43,113 nucleotides of DNA from an uncultured Steroidobacteraceae bacterium (GCA_964563075.1 CAZLYG010000001.1:17749-60861); one strand, 5' to 3'; shown: positions 24,179 through 33,300, counted from the stretch's first letter. Notes: a model not told the origin generated them from the sequence alone. Numbers and translations are program-made.

Positions 24179-25663
24179 CTACAGCAGCTTCTCCCACAAG
24201 CGCCAGAACTGCTCCTGCACCTTCGCAAGGACGCCGCGCTGGCGCCATTTTGCGAGATCGACGGCCGTCGCGTGCTGCAGGTCGCTCTTGAACAGTGTCG
24301 TGAGCTGCGTACCCGCGTCCGTGCCGAGCACCACGGCGTCGACCTCGTCGTTGAAGAGGATGCTGCGCTGGTCGAAGTTTGAAGATCCGACGATCGACCA
24401 GACGCCATCGACCACGACGGTCTTGGAATGCAGAATGCCGTCGTTGCGCTCGTAGATCTTCACGCCGGCTTTGAGCAGGGCGGTATAGTGGGCGTGTTGG
24501 GCCTCGAGCGCGGGGCGGGAGTCGCTGCGCGAAGGCACGAGCAGACGCACGTCGACCCCGCTGCGGGCGGCGCGTATCAGCGTCCGCATCTCCTGATGCG
24601 TCGGCACGAAATACGCAGCAGTGACCCAGATGCTGCTCTCCGCATTGCTCATCGCGGTCAACAGCGTCACGTAGTAGCGCGGCGTGCGGTGCCGCGGGGT
24701 GCTGCCAACGATGCGAACAACCTCATCGCCAACCGGTGCGTCAACCTTATCCTCGGGGAGCTGCAGAGGTGGGCCGCCCTGCTCGCGCCAGTGCTCGACG
24801 AACAGCTTTTCCAGCTCGCGTACGACGGGGCCCGCTATTCGCAGATCCGTGTCGTGCCAGACATCAGCGGCTGCGGGAGCGCCGGGTGCGCGCGCTTGAG
24901 CAGCACCCTTTGCCGGCGTTTGCGAGGCCGGCGTTTGCGAGCTCCCCGGAGCGCTCTCGTAGGTGGTGCTCAGGTTGACGCCGCCGACGATCACGACGGT
25001 GCCGTCGGCGATCAGCATCTTGCGGTGATCGCGATCATTGATGGAGAAATGCCCGCCTGACTTCAGGGGGTTGGGCGGATTGAACTCCACGAGTTGCACG
25101 CCGGCCGTGCGCAGACGATCGAGGAACGCGGAGGCAGTGCCGATCGAGCCGATGCCGTCGTAGATCACATCGACCTGCACGCCCGACTGGACCTTCGATA
25201 CCAGCACATCGCTCAGATGCTCGCCGTTCCAGCTCACGTCCTCGAAGATGTAGTACTCCAGCAGCAGGTAGTGACGTGCAGCATGGATAGCCGCGAACAT
25301 CGCAGGGAAGGTTTGATCGCCGTCGCGGAGGATGCTCACCTGGTTGCCCGCCACCAGCGGACTCTCGGCAACGGCCTGCTCGATGGCCAGATGGCGCTGC
25401 AGCGCGCCGGCATTGGGCTCCCGCGCGGCGAGCCGGCTCAGAATGGCTTTGGACTGGCGCGCCGAGAGCGGGCCCCGGGCACCTTGCACGCGAATATCGG
25501 CGGACGGATGGGCCGCGGACTCATCCACCACCGGCACGGTGGCGCAGCCTGCCAGGCCCAGACACGCCAAGAGCGCAACGAGGAGCGCGAGATGCGCGGT
25601 GCCCGAGCGCAGCGGCGTCGCCCTGGAGGCTGCAAGCGGCAATGAACTCAGGAGGTTACTCAT
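24179..25663 (-). CDS. phospholipase D / cardiolipin synthase family lipoprotein (two HKD motifs)
   Basis: HKD motifs HRKMLIADGTVVIVGGVNLS and LHSKTVVVDGVWSIVGSSNFD. Lipobox LACLGLAGC. Start uncertain (TTG 25702 or ATG 25663). Confidence 0.85.
   Translation of the reverse strand: MSNLLSSLPLAASRATPLRSGTAHLALLVALLACLGLAGCATVPVVDESAAHPSADIRVQGARGPLSARQSKAILSRLAAREPNAGALQRHLAIEQAVAESPLVAGNQVSILRDGDQTFPAMFAAIHAARHYLLLEYYIFEDVSWNGEHLSDVLVSKVQSGVQVDVIYDGIGSIGTASAFLDRLRTAGVQLVEFNPPNPLKSGGHFSINDRDHRKMLIADGTVVIVGGVNLSTTYESAPGSSQTPASQTPAKGAAQARAPGAPAAADVWHDTDLRIAGPVVRELEKLFVEHWREQGGPPLQLPEDKVDAPVGDEVVRIVGSTPRHRTPRYYVTLLTAMSNAESSIWVTAAYFVPTHQEMRTLIRAARSGVDVRLLVPSRSDSRPALEAQHAHYTALLKAGVKIYERNDGILHSKTVVVDGVWSIVGSSNFDQRSILFNDEVDAVVLGTDAGTQLTTLFKSDLQHATAVDLAKWRQRGVLAKVQEQFWRLWEKLL
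24912..24941. repeat. perfect 2 x 15-nt tandem duplication GCCGGCGTTTGCGAG
   Basis: In frame inside the PLD inter-domain linker, where it encodes SQTPA-SQTPA. Confidence 0.7.
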
Positions 25664-25730
25664 GGCCGGGGAAGGGGCAAGTACCGTACCCGCAGCGCTC
25701 AAGCCCGGGACCCCGAGCGCCGGGCGGGGC

Positions 25731-26057
25731 TCAGAAAATCTCCCGGATCGTCCAGCGCGCCACGAAATAGATGAGCACCGCCTGCCCGGCGAACATGACG
25801 TACCCCGCGACTGTCAGCCCGATCGCGGCGCGGCGTGTCGGCTTCGTCACGATGCGCATCCGGACCAATGCTTCCGTCAGTCCACGCACCGCGAAGAACG
25901 ACAGGTTGCCCATGACGAAGGCGGCTGCGAACATGCCGAGAAAGAAATACGCGACGGTCTGCCACGAGAGAACCTGCGCCTCCGGCTCCGCATGAAACAG
26001 CCAGACGCCCGCAAGGACCCACACGAGTGCGGCAAAGGATCCATGATTCGACTTCAT
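25731..26057 (-). CDS. small integral membrane protein, function unknown
   Basis: 108 aa, 3-4 hydrophobic helices, AGGGGTGGA Shine-Dalgarno. Starts 8 nt after the MFS stop. Confidence 0.5.
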   Translation of the reverse strand: MKSNHGSFAALVWVLAGVWLFHAEPEAQVLSWQTVAYFFLGMFAAAFVMGNLSFFAVRGLTEALVRMRIVTKPTRRAAIGLTVAGYVMFAGQAVLIYFVARWTIREIF

Positions 26058-26064
26058 TCCACCC

Positions 26065-27627
26065 CTATTCCAGTGCCACCGGCTCGACAGGTCCCTGCCG
26101 CCTGGGCGGCGGGCGCACCAGGACCAGCAGCGGAATGACGATCACGGTCAGCACGAGCATGAACAGAAAGTCATCCACGTAGGCAATCATCGCCGCCTGC
26201 CGGGTCACCTCGTCGTTCAGTGCCATGTACCCGGTGGGCAGCGGCAGATGGAAGGCAGCCGCCAGCGCGCTGTTGCTGAGCGTCGGGTTGGCCGCACTGA
26301 CGTTGGACACCAGGCCGGCGTGCGCGAGCTGCGTGTTACGCACCAACAGCGCCTGCGAGACCGAGATGCCGATTGCGCTGCCGATGTTGCGCAACAAGCT
26401 GTAGATGGCGGTGCCGTCCGCGCGCATCTGCGGAGCGAGCGTCGCAAACGCCGCGGCGCTCAGCGGGACGAAGATCAGGCCGAGGCCGATACCCTGGATG
26501 ATGCTCGGCCAGATGATCTGGGTCTGCGTGATCGCCAGATTGTAGCGAGTCATCTGCCAGAGGCTGAGCGCTGTGACCCCGAACCCGACCCCCACCAGCA
26601 GCCGCACGTCCACTTTGCCCACGAGGCGTCCGACCACGAACATGGCGAGCATGGTGCCGAGGCCGCTGGGCGCCAGCAGCAGTCCGGCGAGACTGGCTGG
26701 ATAGCCGAGCAGTCCCTGCAGCATCGTCGGGATCAGCGCGCGGGTGGAGAAGAGGATCAGGCCGATCAGGAAAATGAAGATCAGTCCCGACACATAGTTG
26801 GAGTTCTTCAGCAGCCGATAGTCGAAGAACGACTTGCCGGCGGGCATCGCGGCCGTGTGCACCACGAAGTAGGTGAAGCTGATCGCCAGCACGATGGCCT
26901 CACCCCAGCTCTCCCTGGCGGCGAACCAGTCATTCTGCTCGCCGCGATCCAGCAGCAGCTGCAGCGCGCCGATGGCGATGCTCAGGGTGATGAAGCCGAA
27001 CATGTCGAACTGCACGCGCCGCGCCGGGGGCACGGCCTTGATGTAGCGCCCGATTCCGTAGAGTGCGAGCGCGCCCACGGGCACGTTGATGAAGAACACC
27101 CACCGCCAGCTCCAACTCTCCGTCAGCCAGCCGCCGAGTGCCGGGCCGACGATCGGCCCGATCATCACGCCCACTCCCCACACCGCCATCGCTGAGCCGT
27201 GCTTCTCCGGGGGATTGATGTCGAGCAGCACTGCCTGGGACAGGGGTACCAGGGCTGCGCCACACAGACCCTGGATGAGCCGCGCAAGCACGATCTGCCC
27301 GAGAGAGCCGGCGACGCCGCACAACACCGAGGCGATGGTGAAGCCGGAGATGGAGAACAGGAATATCTGCTTCAGGCCGAAGCGGTCGGTCAGCCAGCCG
27401 GTCAACGGCGTGGCAATGCCGGCGGCCACGATGTACGAGGTGAGCACCCAGGTGATCTGATCCTGTGAGGCCGACAGATTCCCCTGCATGTGGGGCAGCG
27501 CCACATTGGCGATCGTGCCGTCGATCGCCTGAATCACCGTGGCGAGCATGATCGAGACGGTGATCATGCGCCGCTCGAGGGCGTGGCCGGGCTCGTTGCG
27601 GCTGGGGTCTGCTCCGGGTGAATGCAT
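26065..27627 (-). CDS. MFS transporter, DHA2 (EmrB/QacA-like, 14 TMS) family
   Basis: DGTIANVALPHMQGNLSAS, LTGWLTDRFGLK (motif A region), LIQGLCGAALVPLSQA. 520 aa. Confidence 0.9.
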   Translation of the reverse strand: MHSPGADPSRNEPGHALERRMITVSIMLATVIQAIDGTIANVALPHMQGNLSASQDQITWVLTSYIVAAGIATPLTGWLTDRFGLKQIFLFSISGFTIASVLCGVAGSLGQIVLARLIQGLCGAALVPLSQAVLLDINPPEKHGSAMAVWGVGVMIGPIVGPALGGWLTESWSWRWVFFINVPVGALALYGIGRYIKAVPPARRVQFDMFGFITLSIAIGALQLLLDRGEQNDWFAARESWGEAIVLAISFTYFVVHTAAMPAGKSFFDYRLLKNSNYVSGLIFIFLIGLILFSTRALIPTMLQGLLGYPASLAGLLLAPSGLGTMLAMFVVGRLVGKVDVRLLVGVGFGVTALSLWQMTRYNLAITQTQIIWPSIIQGIGLGLIFVPLSAAAFATLAPQMRADGTAIYSLLRNIGSAIGISVSQALLVRNTQLAHAGLVSNVSAANPTLSNSALAAAFHLPLPTGYMALNDEVTRQAAMIAYVDDFLFMLVLTVIVIPLLVLVRPPPRRQGPVEPVALE

Positions 27628-27735
27628 TGATCGGCCAGTTTAATACACGCCGGCTGCCTCGTTCGAGCTTGCAAGCGGCGCGGGGCGGGCGGCCTCGCGT
27701 GTACACTGCGACTCCTCCCCTCACGGATGCCTCCA

Positions 27736-28590
27736 ATGCGCTGGGATGATCTGCGTCGCAGCTCGAACGTAGAGGATTATCGCGGCACCTCCTTCGGCAG
27801 CCCGGGCATCAAGCTGGGCGTCGGCGGCACGCTGGTGGTGGCCGCAGCGGCCTATTTCCTCGGCATCGATCCGAGCGTGCTTCTCGGACTTGCCAGCTCT
27901 GTTCCCACGCAGGACGTGGCGGCGCCCCAGACAGGCACCCCGACGGACCAGCAGGGGCAGTTCATCGCCGCAGTCCTGGGTGAGACCGAAGATACCTGGA
28001 GCGCGATCTTCGAGGACCGGGGCGCACACTACTCGCCACCGAAGCTGGTCCTGTTCAGCGGCGCCATCCCTTCCGCATGCGGCTTCGCGAATTCCGCCGC
28101 CGGCCCGTTCTATTGCCCGGAAGATCGCAAGGTGTATCTGGACCTCGCCTTCTACCGTCAGTTGGCCGACGAGTTCCAGGCGCCGGGGCAGTTTGCGCAA
28201 GCGTACGTGCTGGCCCATGAGGTGGGGCATCACGTGCAGAACCTTCTGGGCATCGAGGCTCAAGTACGCGCACGGCAGGAGCATGCTTCTGAAGCGGAAG
28301 TGAATCAGCTCCAGGTGCGCACGGAGCTGCAGGCTGACTGCTTTGCCGGCGTGTGGGCACGACATGCGGACCAGACGCATCACATCCTGGAGCAGGGAGA
28401 TGTGGAGTCAGCGTTGCGCGCGGCCGCCGCAGTCGGCGATGACACTCTGCAGAAGCGGATCCAGGGGTATGTGGTCCCGGAATCCTTCACTCACGGCACG
28501 GCCGCACAACGCATGAGTTGGTTTCAGCGCGGACTCACCAACGGCACGATCTCGTCCTGCGATACCTTCGGCGCGTTCGGCACGATTTAG
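27736..28590 (+). CDS. ypfJ: YpfJ-family neutral zinc metallopeptidase
   Basis: MRWDDLRRSSNVEDYRG start typical of the family. GPFYCPEDRKVYLDL. Zinc motif HEVGHHVQ. Confidence 0.85.
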   Translation: MRWDDLRRSSNVEDYRGTSFGSPGIKLGVGGTLVVAAAAYFLGIDPSVLLGLASSVPTQDVAAPQTGTPTDQQGQFIAAVLGETEDTWSAIFEDRGAHYSPPKLVLFSGAIPSACGFANSAAGPFYCPEDRKVYLDLAFYRQLADEFQAPGQFAQAYVLAHEVGHHVQNLLGIEAQVRARQEHASEAEVNQLQVRTELQADCFAGVWARHADQTHHILEQGDVESALRAAAAVGDDTLQKRIQGYVVPESFTHGTAAQRMSWFQRGLTNGTISSCDTFGAFGTI

Positions 28591-30104
28591 CTCGGTATCG
28601 AGAAATCGGGGCGCGCAGGAGTCTCGTCCGGCCAGCGCTCGGTGACGGTCTTCAGTCGAGTGTAGAAGCGCACTCCCTCGTTGCCGTAGGCGCCATGGTC
28701 GCCGAACATCGAGTTGCGCCAGCCACCGAAGCTGTGGAACGCGACCGGCACCGGAATCGCCACGTTGACGCCCACCATTCCCGCCTCGGCGTCCCGCACG
28801 AAACGTCGGGCAAGCTCCCCGCTGCGCGTGAACACGGCGGCACCGTTGGCATACTCATGCGTGTTGACCAGCTGGAGAGCAGCCGCGTAGTCCGGAACGC
28901 GCATGACACACAGAACCGGTCCGAACACCTCTTCCCGATAGATGCGCATGGGCGGCAGGACGTGATCGAACAGCGTCGGGCCCAGGAAGAAACCGCTCGA
29001 GCTCGCGGCTGTAGCTCTCCCGTCCACAAGCAGCTGCGCGCCCTCATGAACACCCGCTTCGATGTACTCCTGCACGCGGCGCCGGTGAGCATCGGTCACC
29101 AGGGGGCCCATCTCGACGCCGGGAGCATCGGAGGGCCCCACGCGCAGCTGTGGCAATCGCATGCGCAGCCGCTCGACGAGGCGCTCTGCGGTGTGCTCGC
29201 CGACGGCAACCGCAACGGAGATGGCCATGCAACGTTCTCCGGCCGCTCCGTACGCAGCTCCGATCAACGCCTCCACGACGGAGTCGAGCTCCGCATCCGG
29301 CAGGATCACCGCGTGATTCTTGGCTCCGCCGAGCGCCTGCACCCGTTTGCCGCGCGCAGTCGCCTCTCTTTGGATGTAACGCGCCACGGCCGTCGAGCCA
29401 ACGAAACTGACGGCCCTGACGAGCGGGTGTGACAGCAGTGCATCGACCGCGACCTTGTCGCCCTGAACGACGTTGAGCACACCATCAGGAAGGCCGGCGG
29501 CCTGTGTCAATTCGGCCAGGCGCAGCGAGGCGGACGGATCGCGCTCGGAAGGTTTGAGGATGAAGGTGTTGCCGCAGACGATGGCGATGGGAAACATCCA
29601 CAAAGGCACCATCGCCGGAAAGTTGAACGGCGTGATGCCGGCGACGACCCCGAGGGGCTGGCGCAGGCTGTAGGTATCGACCCCGGTGCCCGCGTTGTCG
29701 CTGAACTCGCCTTTCAGCAGTTGTGGCGCTGCGCACGCGAATTCGACTACCTCGATTCCCCGTGCCACTTCTCCTTCAGCGTCCGCCAGCGTCTTGCCGT
29801 GTTCCTCGGAGATGAGCCTCGCCAGGTGCTTTCTGTCCTTCTCCAGGAGCTCCTTGAGGCCGAACATCACGCGCGCGCGTCGTGCGGCGGGCACTTGCTC
29901 CCAGCTCTCGACGGCCTCCGCAGCGACTCGCACCGCGCGGTCGACCTCCTCCACCGTGGCGAACCCCACAGTCCGGGCTCGCACGCCGAGCGTCGGGTTG
30001 AACACCGGGGCCCGACCGCCCGAGGGCTCGACCCTGGTCCCCCCGATCCAGTGCCCAACCACCGTTACGTCAGGTTTCACGTCATCGTCTGTCATCAGCT
30101 GCAT
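28587..30104 (-). CDS. mmsA: CoA-acylating methylmalonate-semialdehyde dehydrogenase
   Basis: EEHGKTLADAEGEVARGIEVVEFA, GITPFNFPAMVPLWMFPIAIVCGNTFILKPSERDP, ERCMA catalytic Cys region. Its stop overlaps the ypfJ stop convergently. Confidence 0.9.
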   Translation of the reverse strand: MQLMTDDDVKPDVTVVGHWIGGTRVEPSGGRAPVFNPTLGVRARTVGFATVEEVDRAVRVAAEAVESWEQVPAARRARVMFGLKELLEKDRKHLARLISEEHGKTLADAEGEVARGIEVVEFACAAPQLLKGEFSDNAGTGVDTYSLRQPLGVVAGITPFNFPAMVPLWMFPIAIVCGNTFILKPSERDPSASLRLAELTQAAGLPDGVLNVVQGDKVAVDALLSHPLVRAVSFVGSTAVARYIQREATARGKRVQALGGAKNHAVILPDAELDSVVEALIGAAYGAAGERCMAISVAVAVGEHTAERLVERLRMRLPQLRVGPSDAPGVEMGPLVTDAHRRRVQEYIEAGVHEGAQLLVDGRATAASSSGFFLGPTLFDHVLPPMRIYREEVFGPVLCVMRVPDYAAALQLVNTHEYANGAAVFTRSGELARRFVRDAEAGMVGVNVAIPVPVAFHSFGGWRNSMFGDHGAYGNEGVRFYTRLKTVTERWPDETPARPDFSIPS

Positions 30105-30178
30105 CCAAAGCGCCTTGAGGACGCATCTCTACTCCATGACACTGAAGGTGCCCACTTTAGGCGCCTGGGAGAGCGAGC

Positions 30179-30604
30179 ATGGGTCATGAGGTCGTCGGTG
30201 CGATCGCAATCGTTGCCTTCTGGATGTTCATCACCATCGTATCCGTAGCGGGCATTCTCTACGACTATCGCAAGAAGCGCCTGGCCGTCGATACTCTGCG
30301 CCTGGCGATCGAGCGTGGCGCACAGATTGACCCGGCCCTGCTGGATCGGCTGCTCGCGCATCAGAGATCGGCGGATGCGCAGGAGGAGGCCGTGGATCCA
30401 CGGCATTTGCGGGTCGGCGGGATCATCACTGTCGCCATCGGTATCGGCCTTCTGCCCCTCGCCCTCTTCGTCGCCCAGGTCCAGGACAGGGCCCGCTTTC
30501 CGATCATGGGGGCCGGGGTTCTGGCTATCTGCGTCGGCATCGGGCTGCTGATCTCGGCTCGCACCCTCGAGCGCGATCCGGCGCCCAGGGACCGAGGCGC
30601 GTGA
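30179..30604 (+). CDS. membrane protein of unknown function, first gene of the ECF sigma module
   Basis: 141 aa. N-terminal TM, soluble LAIERGAQIDPALLDRLL segment, two C-terminal TM helices. Its stop overlaps the sigma GTG start (GTGA). Confidence 0.55.
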   Translation: MGHEVVGAIAIVAFWMFITIVSVAGILYDYRKKRLAVDTLRLAIERGAQIDPALLDRLLAHQRSADAQEEAVDPRHLRVGGIITVAIGIGLLPLALFVAQVQDRARFPIMGAGVLAICVGIGLLISARTLERDPAPRDRGA

Positions 30605-31161
30605 ACAGGGAGCTGCCGCGCAGCGCCCTGAGCGTGGCAGATGAGGTGACGGTGGTGGCTCTGGCGATCGCGGGAGATGACACGGCTTTCAGTGAGCTCG
30701 TCCGCCGCAGGCAGGGCTCCACCCGCAACCTCCTGCGCAGGCTCTGCCGTGACCCTGCTCTGGCCGATGACCTGGCCCAGGCCGCGTTCCTGCAGGCCTG
30801 GAGGAGTCTCTCGTCGCTGGAGACGCCCGGAGCCTTCGGTGGGTGGCTGCGCAAGATCTGCGTGAACGAGTGGCTGCAACAGGCACGCCGGCTTGGCGGC
30901 AAGGAAGCGCAGTGGGAGGCGGGGGACGGAGCGCTGTTGGGGTATGAGGCCACGGTCGCAGAAAAGCTGGATCTTGACCGGGCGCTGGCCCTCCTTCCCC
31001 AGGACGTCCGCCTCTGTATAGTGCTCGCGTACTCGGAGCGGATGAGCCACCGTGAAATCAGCGAAGCCAGCGGATTTCCGCTGGGCACGGTGAAGTCGCA
31101 TATCGCGCGCGGCTCGGCGCGCCTGCGCGGGATTCTCACTGGCTACGGGTCAGCGGCATGA
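30601..31161 (+). CDS. ECF-type RNA polymerase sigma-70 family factor
   Basis: Region 2: DDLAQAAFLQAWRSL...FGGWLRKICVNEW. Region 4 HTH: LAYSERMSHREISEASGFPLGTVKSHIARG. Confidence 0.85.
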   Translation: MNRELPRSALSVADEVTVVALAIAGDDTAFSELVRRRQGSTRNLLRRLCRDPALADDLAQAAFLQAWRSLSSLETPGAFGGWLRKICVNEWLQQARRLGGKEAQWEAGDGALLGYEATVAEKLDLDRALALLPQDVRLCIVLAYSERMSHREISEASGFPLGTVKSHIARGSARLRGILTGYGSAA

Positions 31162-31481
31162 GCGATATGCAATCCCTGGACGAAGATCTGTTGCGCCTTT
31201 TCGAGCGTGCTCGCACTGAGCTACCCTCCGCGGCGTTCCTGGAGCGCCTCGAGCGGCGCATGGCCCGCGCCAGAGGTGTACGGCTTGCAGTGCAGATCAG
31301 CCTGCTCGCGCTGCTGGTCGTGGCGATAGCGATCGTGACACCTGAGGTCACCGCGGGAATCGGCTACGCGGCGAAGTGGCTGCCGGAGATCGGGCTCGCC
31401 ATGAGCTCCCCGCTCGGCTGGCTGTGCTCCCTGATCCTGGGCGCATGGGTGCTCAAGCGCACCCATGTCTTTGAAAGATAA
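31158..31481 (+). CDS. putative single-pass anti-sigma factor / membrane protein
   Basis: ATGA overlap with the sigma stop. Short cytoplasmic helix (LLRLFERARTELPSAAFLERLERRM) followed by a TM segment. Assigned by position only. Confidence 0.45.
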   Translation: MSDMQSLDEDLLRLFERARTELPSAAFLERLERRMARARGVRLAVQISLLALLVVAIAIVTPEVTAGIGYAAKWLPEIGLAMSSPLGWLCSLILGAWVLKRTHVFER

Positions 31482-31507
31482 AGTCAGAATCTTACCCACC
31501 CCCGGGC

Positions 31508-31513
31508 TACAAT
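31508..31513 (+). promoter_or_regulatory. candidate -10 hexamer TACAAT
   Basis: Lies in the 66-nt gap before the repeat-protein gene, about 35 nt upstream of ATG 31548. No convincing -35. Confidence 0.25.
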
Positions 31514-31547
31514 AGCGCCCGACGGGGACGGGTGAGGGGGATACGCA

Positions 31548-31943
31548 ATGCGAACGATAGCGCCCGCAGCCGCAGCGCTCGCTGCGCTCTTTTTCGCGGC
31601 CACCGCGGCAGCCGCGCAAGAGACCAGCCTCAAGGACAAGGCGGCCGAGGTCGGCCGGACGATCAAGAGCGACACCCGGGAAGCCGGGCATGAGATTGCT
31701 CGCGGCGCCAAGGTCGCAGGCGAGAAGGTCTCCGAGGGGGCCCGGAAAGTGGGTGCGGATGCCCGGGAGGCCGGCCGAACCGTCGGGCGCAAGGCCAAGG
31801 AAGTCGGCCACACGGTTGCAGACAGCGCCAGGAAGACGGGGCATGCCGTCGCCGAGGGCACGAAGAAGGCCGGGGCGGAAGTCGCTCATGGCGCTCACAA
31901 GACCAAGGAAGCGTTGACCAGAGACAACGGCGGAAAGGATTGA
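31548..31943 (+). CDS. secreted protein built of about 8 tandem 11-residue repeats (LEA/apolipoprotein-like amphipathic pattern)
   Basis: Signal peptide MRTIAPAAAALAALFFAATAAAAQE. Conserved Gly then recurs every 11 residues (EVG, EAG, VAG, KVG, TVG, KTG, KAG). Rich in K/R/E/A/G. Its stop is 12 nt before the halogenase start. Confidence 0.6.
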   Translation: MRTIAPAAAALAALFFAATAAAAQETSLKDKAAEVGRTIKSDTREAGHEIARGAKVAGEKVSEGARKVGADAREAGRTVGRKAKEVGHTVADSARKTGHAVAEGTKKAGAEVAHGAHKTKEALTRDNGGKD

Positions 31944-31955
31944 AGGACAGAGGTT

Positions 31956-33290
31956 GTGGCGGACGACGATCAGATCAGCAGCGAGACGGGCTCGCCGGCA
32001 GAGACCCCTACCGAGACCGATGTGCTGGTCATTGGCGGCGGTCCCGGCGGCTCGAGCGCGGCGATCACGCTCGCGGAGCTCGGCCATCGGGTCACCGTGC
32101 TGGAGAAGGCTCGCCACCCGCGCTTTCACATCGGCGAGTCGCTGCTACCGGCCAATCTGCCCTTGATGGCTCGGCTCGGGGTCCTCGAACAGGTACGGGC
32201 CATCGGCATGCAGAAATGGGGCGCCGAGTTCTACTCCAAGTGGCATGGCCGTGGAGAGACGTTCGAGTTCGCCGACAGCTGGAACAAGTCATTGCAATTC
32301 GCCTATCAGGTGCGCCGCTCCGAGTTCGATGAGATCCTGATCCGCCGTGCCGCCCAGGTCGGTGCCGCTGTGGTCGAGGGCTGCAGGGCGCGCGACGTGC
32401 AGCGCCTGCCCGACGGCAGTACCCTCGTCCACGCACAGCACGAGGACGGCCGCAGGGAGTCCTGGCGGGCGCGCTTCGTCGTGGATGCCTCCGGGCGCGA
32501 CACCTTCTTCGGCAACCGCCTGCAGAGCAAGCGCCGCAATCCCAGGCACAGCAGCGCCTGCATGTTTGCTCATTTCAAGGGGGCCCATCGCTACCCCGAG
32601 GCCAAGCGCGCCGGACTCATCACCGTCTACTGGTTCGAGCACGGTTGGTTCTGGTTCATCCCCCTGGCCGACGGCATCACCAGCATCGGCGCAGTCGTCT
32701 GGCCGTACTACATGAAAGCCCGCAACTGCGAGCTGCGCGAGTACTTCATGGCGACGATCGCCATGTCATCCGAGCTGAGCGCACGGCTACAGAACGCCGA
32801 GCTGGTCAGCGAGGTCGAGGCCACGGGCAATTACTCGTACGAGTGCCAGCAGGCTTATGGGGACGGATTTCTGATGGTCGGCGATGCGTTTGCGTTCGTC
32901 GACCCGGTGTTCTCCACCGGTGTGATGCTGGCGATGAACAGCGGCATCGAGGGAGCGAAGACAGTGGACATCTGTCTACGCGACCCTGCTCGTGCAGCGC
33001 GTGCGCTCAAACGTCATCAGCACCTGATGCATTACGGCCCGAAGGAATACTCCTGGTTCATCCAACACCTGACCGGGCCGACGATGCGCAATCTGTTCAT
33101 GTCGCCGCGCAATTTCCTGAGGATGAAGGAAGCCATCCTGTCGCTGCTGGCGGGGGATATCTTCGGCCGCTCACCCATCGGCCCCTCGCTGCAGGCTTTC
33201 AAGGTGCTCTACTACATCAGCTCGCTCCTGACCCCGCGACGCTCGCTGGCTGCGTGGCGGCAGCGAGCGATCAATATCAGGGCCGCTTAA
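31956..33290 (+). CDS. flavin-dependent halogenase
   Basis: FAD fold DVLVIGGGPGGSSAA. Halogenase-type WxWxIP motif in EHGWFWFIPL. GDAFAFVDPVFSTGV. GTG start. Confidence 0.8.
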   Translation: MADDDQISSETGSPAETPTETDVLVIGGGPGGSSAAITLAELGHRVTVLEKARHPRFHIGESLLPANLPLMARLGVLEQVRAIGMQKWGAEFYSKWHGRGETFEFADSWNKSLQFAYQVRRSEFDEILIRRAAQVGAAVVEGCRARDVQRLPDGSTLVHAQHEDGRRESWRARFVVDASGRDTFFGNRLQSKRRNPRHSSACMFAHFKGAHRYPEAKRAGLITVYWFEHGWFWFIPLADGITSIGAVVWPYYMKARNCELREYFMATIAMSSELSARLQNAELVSEVEATGNYSYECQQAYGDGFLMVGDAFAFVDPVFSTGVMLAMNSGIEGAKTVDICLRDPARAARALKRHQHLMHYGPKEYSWFIQHLTGPTMRNLFMSPRNFLRMKEAILSLLAGDIFGRSPIGPSLQAFKVLYYISSLLTPRRSLAAWRQRAINIRAA

Positions 33291-33300
33291 GCATCGGCGG

